NCBI GenBank assembly: GCA_030390025.1
Contig: CM059431.1
Coordinates: 123,506,001 to 123,570,000 of the forward strand
Length of the DNA: 64,000 bases
Source of the DNA: Squalus acanthias
Taxonomy: Eukaryota
Direction: 5' to 3'
Numbering within the stretch: the stretch's first letter is position 1; each line of letters opens with the position of its first letter. A model generated the notes under the pieces. That model saw only the letters and a list, made by a program, of their open reading frames with translations. It had not been told where the DNA came from and did not search any database. The translations under genes were made by a program, and so were the position numbers. This document shows positions 1 through 11,329 of this stretch, piece after piece.

Positions 1-505
1 ATGAATCAATACTCCTCCATGTTGAACACCACTTGGAAGAAGCAATGAGAGTAGCAAGGGCACAGAATGTACTCTGGGTGGGGGACTTCAATGTCCATCA
101 TCAAGAGTGGCTTGGTAGCACCACTACTGACTGAGCTGGCTGAGTCTTGAAGGACACAGCTGCCAGTCTGGGCCTGTGGCAAGTAGTGAAAGAACCAAGA
201 CAAGGGAAATACCTACTTGAACTCGCCCTCACCAATCTACCTGTCGCAGATGCATCTGTCCATGACAGTATTGGTAGCAGTGACCACCGCACAGTCATTG
301 TGGAGACGAAGTCCCGTCTTCACACTGAGGACACCCTCCATTGTGTTGTGTGGCACTACCACCGTGCAAAATGGGATAGATTCAGAACAGATCTGGCAGC
401 TCAAAACTGGGCATCCATGAGGTGTTGTGGGCCACCAGCTGCACCAGAATTGTATTCCACCACAATCTGTAACCACATGGCCCGGCATATCCCTCACTCT
501 ACCAT

Positions 506-2499
506 TGAAGGGATAATTACAGGTCCTAGCCCTTTCGGACTAGCCCAGATCAGGCGTATTCCCCAGATATTTACCTTCAACTAAAGTTAGCGGTAGCCGG
601 ATCCTATAAGACGCTTAATTGGGTCTAAAGGTCAGACTGCCTCTGCCTAAAGGAAAGAAACGGTTCTGAAGATGTTACCGTCCTCCTGATAGTACTTTTA
701 ATAAGTTTAACTAGACTGTAACCTTCCGGATATTATGAGGGTCTGGAATACCCCCCAGAATTCTGCAGAATGAGAGGGGATCTCATTGAAACTTATACAA
801 TTCTGACAGGACTGGACAGACTAGATGCAGGAAGGATGTTCCCGATGGTCGGGGAGTCCAGAGCCAGGGGTCACAGTCTAAGGGTAAGGGGTAAGCCATT
901 TAGGACAGAAATGAGGAGGAATTTCTTCACCCAGAGAGTGGTGAACCTGTGGAATTCTCTACCACAGAAGGCAGTAGAGGCCAATTCATTAAATATATTC
1001 AAGAAGGAGTTGGATATATTTCTTAAGGCTAAAGGGATCAAGGGATATGGGAGAAAGCAGGGACAGGGTTCTGAATTTGGATGATCAGCCATGATCGCAT
1101 TGAATGGCGGAGCAGGCTAGAGGGGCCGAATGGCCTACTCCTGCTCCTATCTTCTATGTAACTCCTCACTGAAGAGTGTACAGAAATTTGAGTTTGCGAG
1201 ATGATACAGAAATACTCTGAGAAAATTCTAAAAATATATAGATTTATTAAAGAACCGAAATTTATGGCAATCGAAACTTTAACCGTTCAAAATACAAATA
1301 GCTTACATTTCTTATCAGAGATACTTATTCTCAAATCTTAACTTTGTTACATTTCCACACTTCTACTTATTTCTTAATCCAGAATATCCACCAAAATCAA
1401 ATAGCTTGATTACCCGAGACTCAAAAGTTAAAAACTTACAGATCATGTCTGTGAAGTTGAGAAACGCTTGTCTTCCCAGCGACTTCTGACTTTCCATTTG
1501 AAAAGCTCTTATTTTTATATCTTTTTTGCAGTGGTTTATTCTTTGAAGTTTCTGCTGATGTAAGCTAATTGTCTTTATTGATATCTCTGTTGAATGCTTT
1601 CTGTCTTTACTGTCAATTTAGCCATTGCATGCATAATTATGTCTCTACCTTAGATGTTTCAAAAACCATCATAAACACAATGACAGCAATGGTTTCTGTT
1701 TGATACAATTCTTATTGAAGGTCTCCCATTCAATTCTTAATATTGGCTTAACTGGTTATTACCAGACGTCGTGTCTCCTACATGTTCCAAGTTTAACACA
1801 AACAATGTGATTGCTTGATGCATGCATTGATGCCATTTTCAAAGTCTTTCTGTAGGTATATTTTACAACTTGTAAATACTTCATCTAGGGTGTTCCATAC
1901 ATTTCTTATTTACTTCAATTGGTTTTTATCAGACCTCGGGATTCCATATTTCAAGCTTAACATTAAAGCTATTTGTTCAGCAGGCATTTCTTTTACTTAA
2001 TGTCATTTCTTCAAAGCCTTCTGTAGGTATCATATTTACAATATGTAAATTGAAAACACTTTAACTCGGTGTTTACTTGTTTTCTAGCTATCTCAATTGG
2101 TTGCATATTTAATCGTGTTTCCTGTCTTATTTGATGTTATATTATGAAGGCTTATGGTTGTTTAATATTCTAAGTTTCTGTTTGCATCAGTGTTAGCTTT
2201 TAACACTTTAAACTGGGTGATTCCATTGTGTTGGTTCCAATGCTCAGACATAGAGGAACCTTCAATGGTTTGCTTCAATAGGGCATTGTTTCAGTATTTT
2301 TAACTAATTCCCATTTCAAAGCTTGTGGTGTTTTACAACTTTGTTTAACAACTGATCTTATCTCAGAAGCCTGTATTTCTGCCTGCAGCCTTGTCTGCTA
2401 AGGCTTATGTCTTTTAAACCCAGTATGTCATTTATTAATAATTTCAGAAATCTGTTCTTAATATCTTGTATTTTTCTGAATCCTGGCTATTCCTTCACA
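506..2499 (-). mobile_element. Probable solo LTR (about 1.6 kb after removing a nested CR1 fragment)
   Basis: TG...CA termini (TGAAGGGATA / TATTCCTTCACA) with imperfect inverted ends. 4-bp TSD ccat at 502-505 and 2500-2503; the LINE sequence rejoins exactly when compared with 24071-24090. TATA-like TATAAAAA on the minus strand near 1512-1519. Orientation is inferred. Confidence 0.65.
767..1159 (+). mobile_element. CR1 LINE family B, 5'-truncated 3' fragment nested in the solo LTR
   Basis: ORF 770..1084 (RGDLIETY...RGHSL...RRNFFTQRVVNLWNSLP) is the typical CR1 ORF2 C-terminus. The 3' UTR is ...gaatggcctactcctgctcct. Confidence 0.9.
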
Positions 2500-4055
2500 C
2501 CATTACCATCAAGCCAGGGGACCAACACTGGTTCAATAAGGAGTGCAGAAGAACATGCCAGGAGCAGCACTAGGCATACCTAAAAATGAGGTTCCAACCT
2601 GGGGAAGCTGCAACACAGGACTACATGCATGCTAAAAAGTGGAAGCAGCATGCTATAGACAGGGCTAAGCGATCCCACAATCAACGGATCAGATCAAAGC
2701 TCTGCAGTCCTGCCACATCCAGTCGTGAATGGTGGTGGGCCATTAAATAACTAACGGGAGGAGGAGGCTCCATGAAAATTCCCATCCTCAATGATGGTGG
2801 AGCCCAGCACATGAGTGCAAAAGACAAGGCTGAAGCGTTTGCAACCATCTTCATCCAGAAGTGCCGAGTGGATGATCCATATCGGCCTACTCCTGAGGTT
2901 CCCACCATCACAGAAGCCAGTCTTCAGCCAATTCGATTTATTCCATGTGATATCAAGAAACGCCTGAGTGCACTGGATACAGCAAAGGCTATGGGCCCTG
3001 ACAACATCCCGGCTATCGTGCTGAAGACTGGTGCTCCAGAACTAGCCATACCTCTAGCCAAGTTGTTCCAGTACAGCTACAACACTGGCATCTATCCGAC
3101 AATGTGGAAAACTGCCCAGGTAATCCTCTCCACAAAAAGCAGGACAAATCCAATCCGGCCAATTACTGCCGTATCAGTCTACTCTCAATCATCAGCAAAA
3201 TGATGGAAACTGTCATCAACAGTGCTATCTAGCGGCACTTACTCACCAATAACCTGCTCACTGATGCCCAGTTTGGGTCCCGCTGAGACCACTCGGCTCC
3301 CGACCTCATTACAGCCTTGGTCCAAACATGGACAAAGGAGCTGAATCCCAGAGATCAGGTGAGAGTGACTGCCCTTGACATCAAGGCAGCATTTGACCGA
3401 GTGTGGCATCAAGGAGCCCTAGTAAAACTGAAGTCAATGGGAATCGGGGGGGGAAACTCTCCACTGGCTGGAGTCATACCTAGCACAAAAGAAAATGGTT
3501 GTGGTGGTTGAAGGTTAATCATCACAGCCCCAGGAAATCGCTGCAGGCGTTCCTCAGGGCAGTGTCCTAGGCCCAACCATCTTCAGCTACTTCATCAATG
3601 ACCTTCCCTCCAACATAAGGTCAGAAATGGGGATGTTTGCTGATGGCTGCACAGTGTTCAGTTCCATTCATAACTCCTCAGATAATGAAGCAGTCCATGC
3701 CCGCATGAAGCAGGACCTGGACGACATTCAGGCTTGGACTGATAAGTGGCAGATAACATTTGCACCACACAAGTGCCAGGAAATGACTATCTCCAACAAG
3801 CGACAGTCTAACCACTGCCCCTTGACATTCAACGGCATTACCATTGCTGAATCCCCTACCATCAACATCCTGGGGGTCGCCATTGACGAGAAACTTAACT
3901 GGACCAGCCACATAAATACTGTGGCAACAAGAGCAGGTCAGAGGCTAGGTATTCTGCAACGAGTGTCTCACCTCCTGACTCCCAAAAGCCTTTCCACCAT
4001 CTACAAGGCACAAGTAAGGAGTGTGATTGAATACTCTCCACTTGCCTGGATGAGT

Positions 4056-4783
4056 AGTGTAGAGGAAGAAAGGGACCTTGGAGTGCATGTCCACAGATCC
4101 CTGAAGGTAGGAGGCCAAGTAGATAAGGTGGTTAAGAAGGCATACGGAATGCTTGCCTTTATTAGCCGTGGCATAGAATACAAGAGCAGGGGGGTTTTGC
4201 TTCAACTGTATAAAACACTAGTTAGGCCTCAGCTAGAGTACTGCATGCAGTTCTGGTCACCACATTACAGGAAAGATGTGATTGCACTAGAGAGGGTACA
4301 GAGGAGATTTACAAGGATGTTGCCGGGAGTAGAGAATCTTAGCTATGAGGAAAGACTGGATAGGCTGGGTCTGTTTTCCTTGGAACAGAGGAGGCTGAGG
4401 GGAGATCTTATTGAGGTGTATAAAATTATGAGGGGCATAGATAAAGTGGATAGAAAGGATCTATTTCCCTTAGTAGAGGGGTCAAAAACCAGGGGTCACA
4501 GATTTAAAGTAATTGGGGGAAGGTTTAGAGGGGATTTGAGGGGAGGTTTCTTCACCCAGAGGGTTGTGGGGGTCTGGAACTCACTGCCTGAAAGTGTGGT
4601 AGAGGCAGGAACCATAACCACATTTAAAAAGTACTTGGATGTGCACTTGGATGCTCTAACCTGCAGGGCTACGGACCAAGAGCTGGGAAATGGGATTAGG
4701 CTGGATAGCTCTTTGTTGGCCGGTGCGGACACGATGGGCCGAAATGGCCTCCTTCCGTGCTGTAACTTTCTATGATTCTATGA
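4056..4783 (+). mobile_element. CR1 LINE family B, 5'-truncated, nested in the family A LINE
   Basis: Encodes ERDLGVHV...LYKTLVRPQLEYC...FFTQRVVGVWNSLP and ends in the CR1 terminal repeat ttctatgattctatga. Confidence 0.9.
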
Positions 4784-5226
4784 ACAGGACAAAGCAGCCC
4801 GCTTGGTTGGCACCCCATCCACCACCTTAAACATCCACTCCGTCCACCACCAGCGTACCGTGGCTCCAGTGTGTACCATCTACAAGATGCACTGCAGCAA
4901 CTCGCCAAGGCTTCTTCGGTAGCACCTCCCAAACCCGCGACCTCTTCCACCTAGAAGGACAAGGGCAGCAGGCGCATGGGAACACCACCACCTCCAAGTT
5001 CCCCTCCAAGTCACACACCATCCTGACTTGGAAATATATTGCCGATCCTTCATCGTCGCTGGGTCAAACTCCTGGAACTCCCTACCTAACAGCACTGTGG
5101 GAGTACCTTCACCACACGGACTGCAGCGGTTCAAGAAGGCGGCTTCTCAACGGCAGTTAGGGATGGGCAATAAATGCTGGCCTTGCCAGCGATGCCCACA
5201 TCCCATTGACGAATAATTAAAAAAAA

Positions 5227-5490
5227 TATTGGCCAGGACGCTGGGGAGAACCCCCCTGCTCCTCTTCGAAATAGTGCCATGGGACCTCCTTCATCCACCT
5301 GAGAGAGCAGATGGGGCCTTGGTTTAATATCTCATCCAAAAGACAGCACCTCCAACAGTGCATCATTCCCTCAGTACTGCACTGGATTGACAGCCTAGAT
5401 TTTGTGTTCAAATTTCTGGAGTGGGACTTGAACCCACAACCTTCTGACTCAGAGGTGAAGAGTGCTACCCACTGAGCCATGGCTGACACC
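5227..5490 (-). mobile_element. tRNA-derived Deu-domain SINE (SacSINE1/AmnSINE-like), 5' half; cut by the family A LINE
   Basis: Reverse complement has A box TGGCTCAGTGG and B box GGTTCAAGTCC. Matches the copies at 52875-53350 and 44705-45120. Confidence 0.8.
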
Positions 5491-7873
5491 ACCGGCTCCA
5501 ACTCTAACCTGAATCTACCTATGAAACGGGAAATACATCTCGAGGAAACACCAAAGATAGTGTTGCTAGCTGTCAATTAGTTGACCTATGTTCTTGACAT
5601 CTGATACAAGGAAAGGTCTCTAGTTAACCTTGTACCATTGTTTCTGCTGTGACGGCTTTAGATGTGACAAATGGATGTACCTCCACAAAATGTCTATATC
5701 TTAGGATCATCTTCAACTCTTAAAACAATACCAGTAGCAAAATTGCCAAAATGGTATTGTTATTTTTGCCACAACTGAAAAGGTGGACAACAGCCCAGCA
5801 TTTCCCAAAATTCAAACAGCTTAATTGTCCATTAGCATTTCAGGACACATTATACCATGTTGTGTGCTGTAATGAATGCTGCCAGTTCAGCGATTGTTGC
5901 AGGGAATGTTCAAAGAGGGTGTGATGCATTTGCTGAGGGAAATGGTATGATGAGCACTGTGCTTGAGCTGTTCAAACAGAACCATTCATTACAACCACCA
6001 CCCTTTGTGTTTTCTTCTTCCTCTAGCTTCTTTTTGAAAGCTGTGTCATTCTTAGTACTTAAACTCAAATACATACAAATCTGAAACAAAAAATCAAGAA
6101 CTATGACAAAGAAATACTTTTGTATGTGAAGACAAATTCATAATGGTGCTGCTATCAGTTATTTAATCAAACGAACAATACTGAGATGTAGTTCTCACTT
6201 TCTACGAATATACCATAGCTCCGGGATGTATGTAGGGAACTGGGAACGCTTTTGTTGAGGAAGCAGTTTTGTTCTCAGCTCTTAGGTATAGATTCCAAAT
6301 AGCCTCAGTATCTTTACCAGTGCTTCAGGCATTGACTTGGCTCAATTAACAAGTGATTCCCATGTCACGTTTTAAATGCATGAAATTCAGAGATTTTCTT
6401 TTTGCTTCAGCAGTTCCACCAGCAAATAGATTTTACTTGGCTGCTGCCTTCTGAAATAGGCAGACTTTGCTATTGCTACCACTAAGCAGTTCTGGTTAAG
6501 TAATTAAAGATAGTCAGATGTTCCTAAAATGGGCTATGAAATTAGAAATTAGGAATTCATTTGCCTTTGATTAAGTGGATTCCATAAAACCAGGCTCAGG
6601 AAGTGTGAAAAACAAATCTGATCCTCACAAGCCACATCTTGCAATCTTGAAGATATAAAGATAGTTCTTGGTTACAGTGGCTTCTGGAGATGGGTCTTTG
6701 GGATAAATCCACTCAGTGTACATAATCTGTCCAGTCTGATTCAATGCTACAGCAGAATTCTGACCTGCAAACAAGTCTATAGTATTTCTTTCCATTCCCC
6801 GCCCCCCCCCCCCACCTTATTTCTTCTCTTCTACAGGTAATAATGTTGGATATGATTCCATGACATTGACAGTTCTCCAGTACCTTGCTCATATACCTTC
6901 TTCATATGCAAGTCTGGAAAGTGAAAGTCACTGGACCATTCTGCCATTGTGGGCATCAGAGCCAGGCCCCAAATTACCTTCACCCAAAGTACACAGACTT
7001 GCACTTCCAGATACCTTTCATGCGAGGGTTACCTCACAAACTCAAAGACATTGAGACTAATTGAAGTTCTCTCACTGTCCTTCACCCACACAGCTGAAAT
7101 TGGCTAACTGAGCACACAATAGAGATTAACCTTCAAACCATTCTGTTTTATACAGCTGAGTATTGCACCAGATGATGCAATTACTCACTAATCTTTCGCA
7201 CATGCCTGAACAGTCTGTATTTGAATGTGCAATATAATAAATATAGCTGCCATAAAACTTCACAATATCTGTTGCCTTATCTGTTTAAGAATCAGCAAGA
7301 GTTAAATGTTCAAAGTATTTATGCTGGTCAGAAATTGGTAGTAAAGTGCACCAACTCTCAGCATCACCCTGCGATGTAGTTATTAATCTAGGTTTTCACA
7401 ATATTGTATTCTGTGGGGGAGGGGAGGCAATAATATGATTAAATCTAGAAATAGAGAGAACATTATACTTCAATTTCAAACATTTAACAGGCATTGAAAG
7501 GTGTATCTGAATATTGACAAAGATTGCAGAACTAGCTGAATCAAATCCCCAGTTAAAAATGTCATATTTAATTCCAGCACCAATTCCCATGGCTGACGCT
7601 GGCACTCATTCCCAATTTGGTGCCTTTCTTCATCAAGATACAAACAGAAGGCAATCACAGAGCTCCCCGCTGTAAGTGTTGTTTATAGGGATCCTTTTCA
7701 AGTTCAATATCCAACAGTTGAGCAAAAAATGTCTGGTGTTAAAGAATAAATATCAATGAAGATCACCTTAGGTTGATTTTAACTTATGGGCGGCCGACCG
7801 GCGAAGCGAGCCAACCTGTTCCGGGGTGAAGAGAGCGGAGCCATTTGAGGCCCCTAGCCTCATTTAAATGGAA

Positions 7874-9614
7874 TAACAACAGAAAACGCTGGAAAAACTC
7901 AGCAGACCAGGCAGCATCCGTGGAGAGAGAAAGAGAGTTAACGTTTCAGGTTGATGACCTTTCGTCAGAACTGTGAAGAGCCGGAAATCAAATAGATTTA
8001 AGGCCAGAGTAAAGCTGGGAAAAGGGGGAGGGGATAAAAGAACAAAGGGGGAGATGAAGAGACATTAAGAGACATTAAGAGATATGCAAGGCTAGAGGTG
8101 GTGTTAATGTGACAGATTAAGGCTGAAAGAAGTGTGAAATCCACTGGCAGAATGAAGGACAGCTGCCAGCTTCTAGGAGGAAAAAAAAGGGTGGGGGGGG
8201 GGGCAAATAAAAGGGTGGAAAAAATAAAATATAAATGTGATTGGAGCTGAGGTTATGATCTAAAATTGTTGAACTCGATATTGAGTCCAGAGGGCTGTAG
8301 CGTGCCTAAACGAAAGATGAGGTGCTGTTCCTCGAGCTTACGCTGCACTTCCGTGGAACAGTGTAATAGGCCGAGGACGGTGAGGTCAGAGTGGGAGTGA
8401 AGCGGTGAATTAAAGTGACAGGCCACCGGGAGCTCGGGGTCCCCCTTACGGACTGAACGGAGGTGTTCCGCAAAGCGGTCACCCAATCTGCGTTTGGTCT
8501 CCCCAATGTAGAGGAGACCACATCGTGAGCAGCGAATACAGTATACTAAATTGCAGGAAGTACAAGTAAATCGCTGTTTCACCTGGAAGGGGTGTTTGGG
8601 GCCCTGGACAGTGGGAAGAGGGGAGGTGTAAGGGCATGTGTTGCATCTCCTGCGCGTGCACGGGAAGGTGCCGGGCGAAGGGGAAGGGGTGCTGGGGGTG
8701 GTAGAGGAGTGGACTAGGGTGTCGCGGAGGGAGCGGTCCCTGCGGAATGCTGAAAGGGGAGGTGAGGGGAAGATGTGTTTGGTGGTGGGATCACGCTGGA
8801 GGTGGCGGAAATGGCGGAGGATGATCCGTTGAATGTGGAGGCTGGTGGGGTGAAAGGTGAGGACAAGGGGAACCCTATCGTGGTTCCGGGAGGGAGGGGC
8901 AGGGGTGAGGGCAGAAGTGCGGGAGATAGAACGGACACGGTCGAGGGCCGTGTCGACCACGGTAGAGGGGAATCCTCGGTTGAGGAAAAAGGAAGACATG
9001 TCGGAAGCACTGGTGTGGAAGGTGGCATCATCAGAGCAGATGCGGCGGAGACGGAGAAACTGGGAGAATGGAATAGAGTCCTTACAGGAGGCGGGGTGGG
9101 AGGAAGTGTAGTCCAGGTAGCTGTGGGAGTCAGTGGGCTTGTAGTGAATGTTAGTCAATAACCTATCCCCAGAGATGGAGATGGAGAAGTCGAGGAAGGG
9201 AAGGGAAGAGTCGGAGATGGACCATGTGAAGGTGAGGGAAGGGTGGAAATTGGAAGCATAGTGAATGAAATGTTCTAGTTCAGGGCGAGAGCAGGAGACG
9301 GCACCGATACAGTCATCAATGTACTGGAAAAAGAGGTGAGGGAGGGGACCCGAGTAGGACTGGAACAAAGAGTGTTCCACATATCCCACGAAAAGGCAGG
9401 CATAGCTAGGACCCATGCGGGTACCCATAGCAACACCTTTAATTTGGAGGAAATGGGTAGAGTCAAAGGAGAAGTTGTTCAATGTGAGAACAAGTTCAGC
9501 CAGGCGGAGGAGGGTGGTGGTGGATGGGGACTGGTTGGGCCTCTGTTCAAGGAAGAAGCGGAGCGCCCTCAGGCCATCCTGGTGGGGAATGGAGGTGTAG
9601 AGGGATTGTACGTC
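7874..9614 (-). mobile_element. Penelope-like element family 1 (Neptune-like Cys linker), 5'-truncated
   Basis: 13-bp TSD catttaaatggaa at 7861-7873 and 9615-9627. Contains an RT + GIY-YIG ORF and a 3' pLTR region with a hammerhead motif. Confidence 0.92.
7934..7973 (-). ncRNA. Minimal type I hammerhead ribozyme motif in the PLE pLTR
   Basis: Minus strand reads agtt-CTGACGA-a-AGGT-catca-ACCT-GAAA-cg-tt-aact: conserved core, helix II, and palindromic helix III (AACGTT). Confidence 0.75.
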
Positions 9615-9617
9615 CAT
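8253..9617 (-). CDS. PLE reverse transcriptase (C-terminal part) + GIY-YIG endonuclease, 454 aa uninterrupted
   Basis: MDVQSLYTSIP (RT motif A), GVAMGTRMGPSYA, YIDD, YKPTD thumb, CxxxxCxxC linker, VYCIRC..CGLLYIGETKR.L..RF.EH, terminal GLN. Confidence 0.9.
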   Translation of the reverse strand: MDVQSLYTSIPHQDGLRALRFFLEQRPNQSPSTTTLLRLAELVLTLNNFSFDSTHFLQIKGVAMGTRMGPSYACLFVGYVEHSLFQSYSGPLPHLFFQYIDDCIGAVSCSRPELEHFIHYASNFHPSLTFTWSISDSSLPFLDFSISISGDRLLTNIHYKPTDSHSYLDYTSSHPASCKDSIPFSQFLRLRRICSDDATFHTSASDMSSFFLNRGFPSTVVDTALDRVRSISRTSALTPAPPSRNHDRVPLVLTFHPTSLHIQRIILRHFRHLQRDPTTKHIFPSPPLSAFRRDRSLRDTLVHSSTTPSTPSPSPGTFPCTRRRCNTCPYTSPLPTVQGPKHPFQVKQRFTCTSCNLVYCIRCSRCGLLYIGETKRRLGDRFAEHLRSVRKGDPELPVACHFNSPLHSHSDLTVLGLLHCSTEVQRKLEEQHLIFRLGTLQPSGLNIEFNNFRS

Positions 9618-11329
9618 TTAAATGGAACTGGCGAGTTGTGGGCGCCAAAAGGACATTTCAATGTATGGTAACTCTGGGGGGGGATGTCGCGATCACGGAA
9701 GTGGGGAGCCCGGGGTGGCAGTGACCCAGATTCTTGTTGTGGGGCCCAGAGGAGCACTCCTGGATCCACAAACACAATTTAAAACTTACCTTTTCAGGGC
9801 CTCTTCAGGTCTATCCCCAGTGAAACTGGCCAGTGCCTGCACGGTGCACACTCAGACCAGTCCAATGCTAAAATGTCAATCGGCGTCCTATGTATTTCAT
9901 AGGATTACCGCCACAGTATCGCTGATTTCGGCAAGTAGAAATCGACCTTTATGTCTGTTACCAACAAACCACCATACATCTGAATGGATTCAGTGATGTA
10001 ATCCAGATTTTTGAGGTCTCGGAAATACTCTAATTAGTTTGATCAAACATCTTCTTGATCTGTCTGAAAGCACAATACTCAGGACTGACAAGGTAACATC
10101 CCAGTACAGAACATCATACAGATATACCACTACTACGGAGTTGCATACCTCATCAACAATGACTATCAACGACTGGACTCAAACGCCTCGCAGAATTAGG
10201 TGCCCTCTATGAGAAAACCAGCAGATAAATACAGTAGTTTTATCTTTTAACAATATCTCTGTTGCTGTGGCTTCAACTACAGATAGCAACCATTAGTCAC
10301 TAGTTACCTATACAAAAATATACCATGTACACATCTCTCAGCAAATATACGCACCCAATTTTTAAACAAACCGATCACTGGGAAACTGAGTGACCATGAT
10401 GCGGAGATGCCGGTGTTGGACTGGGGTGGACAAAATTGAGAGGTCGCACAACACCAGGTTATAGTCCAACAGTTTTATTTGAAATCACAAGCTTTCGGAG
10501 CTATCGATTTGCTCCTTCCTCAGGTGAAGTAAATTAGATACAGAATCTCCAAAGCATATATAGATGGAAAACAAAGAATGTGTACTTTACAATTGCAGAC
10601 CAATAAATTAAATCATCCTGACTATCTGCCGAGGTGTGATAAAGTTAATTAAGTCAGCCAGGAAGGTACCACATCAAAGACATAGCAAGATACAACTGAG
10701 ACAATGAGGTGTAGTCGCAGGGGCTCTAACGTGTCAAAAGCTGCCGTCTGTATGTAAAACGAAAAGCTTTAACATTTTTTTACTTTTTTACTGGGAAAAT
10801 TTTTACTTTTTTTACTGGAAATCACATCTGTGAACAAGCTAACGACGACTCGAGTCCGGATCACGTCATGTATCGTGACATAAACCCAAGATCCCGATTG
10901 AGACCGTCTTCATGAGTGCGGAACTTGGCTATCAGTTTCTGCTCGATGATTTTGCGTTGTCGTGTGTTTCTAAGGTTGCCTTGGAGAACGCTTACCCGCA
11001 GATCCGAGGCTGAATGTCCTTGACTGCTGAAGTGTTCCCCGACTGGGAGGTAACAATCCTGCCTGGCGATTGTTGCGCGGTGCTCGTTCATACGTTGTCT
11101 CAGTGTCTGCATGGTTTCGCCGATGTACCATGCCGCGGTGCATTCTTTCCTGCAACGTATGAGGTAGACAACGTTGGCCGAGTCACATGAGTATGTACCA
11201 TGTACCTGGTGGGTAGTGTCCTCACGTGTGATGGTGGTATCTGTGTTGATGATCTGGCATGTCTTGCAGAGTTTGCCATGGCAGGGTTGTGTGGTGTCGT
11301 GGTCGCTGTTATCCTGAAAGCTGGGTAAT

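Larger units (their letters stand above)
1..5226 (+). mobile_element. CR1-group LINE family A (APE endonuclease + RT), decayed; begins before the window; interrupted by an LTR-like insertion (506-2499) and a family B CR1 (about 4056-4783)
   Basis: ORF fragments carry APE motifs (PRQGKYLLELALTN, SDHRTV) and RT motifs (KAMGPDNIP, ALDIKAAFDRVWH, MFADGCTVF). Colinear with the copy at 23575-25700. The 3' end is ...ccttgccagcgatgcccacatccc followed by an A-rich tail at about 5212-5226. Confidence 0.9.
7770..9948. mobile_element. Decayed non-autonomous TIR element (Harbinger-like) hosting the PLE insertion
   Basis: Imperfect TIR: AGGTTGATTTTAACTT versus the reverse complement of AAGTAGAAATCGACCT. 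The TSD is not clean. Confidence 0.5.
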
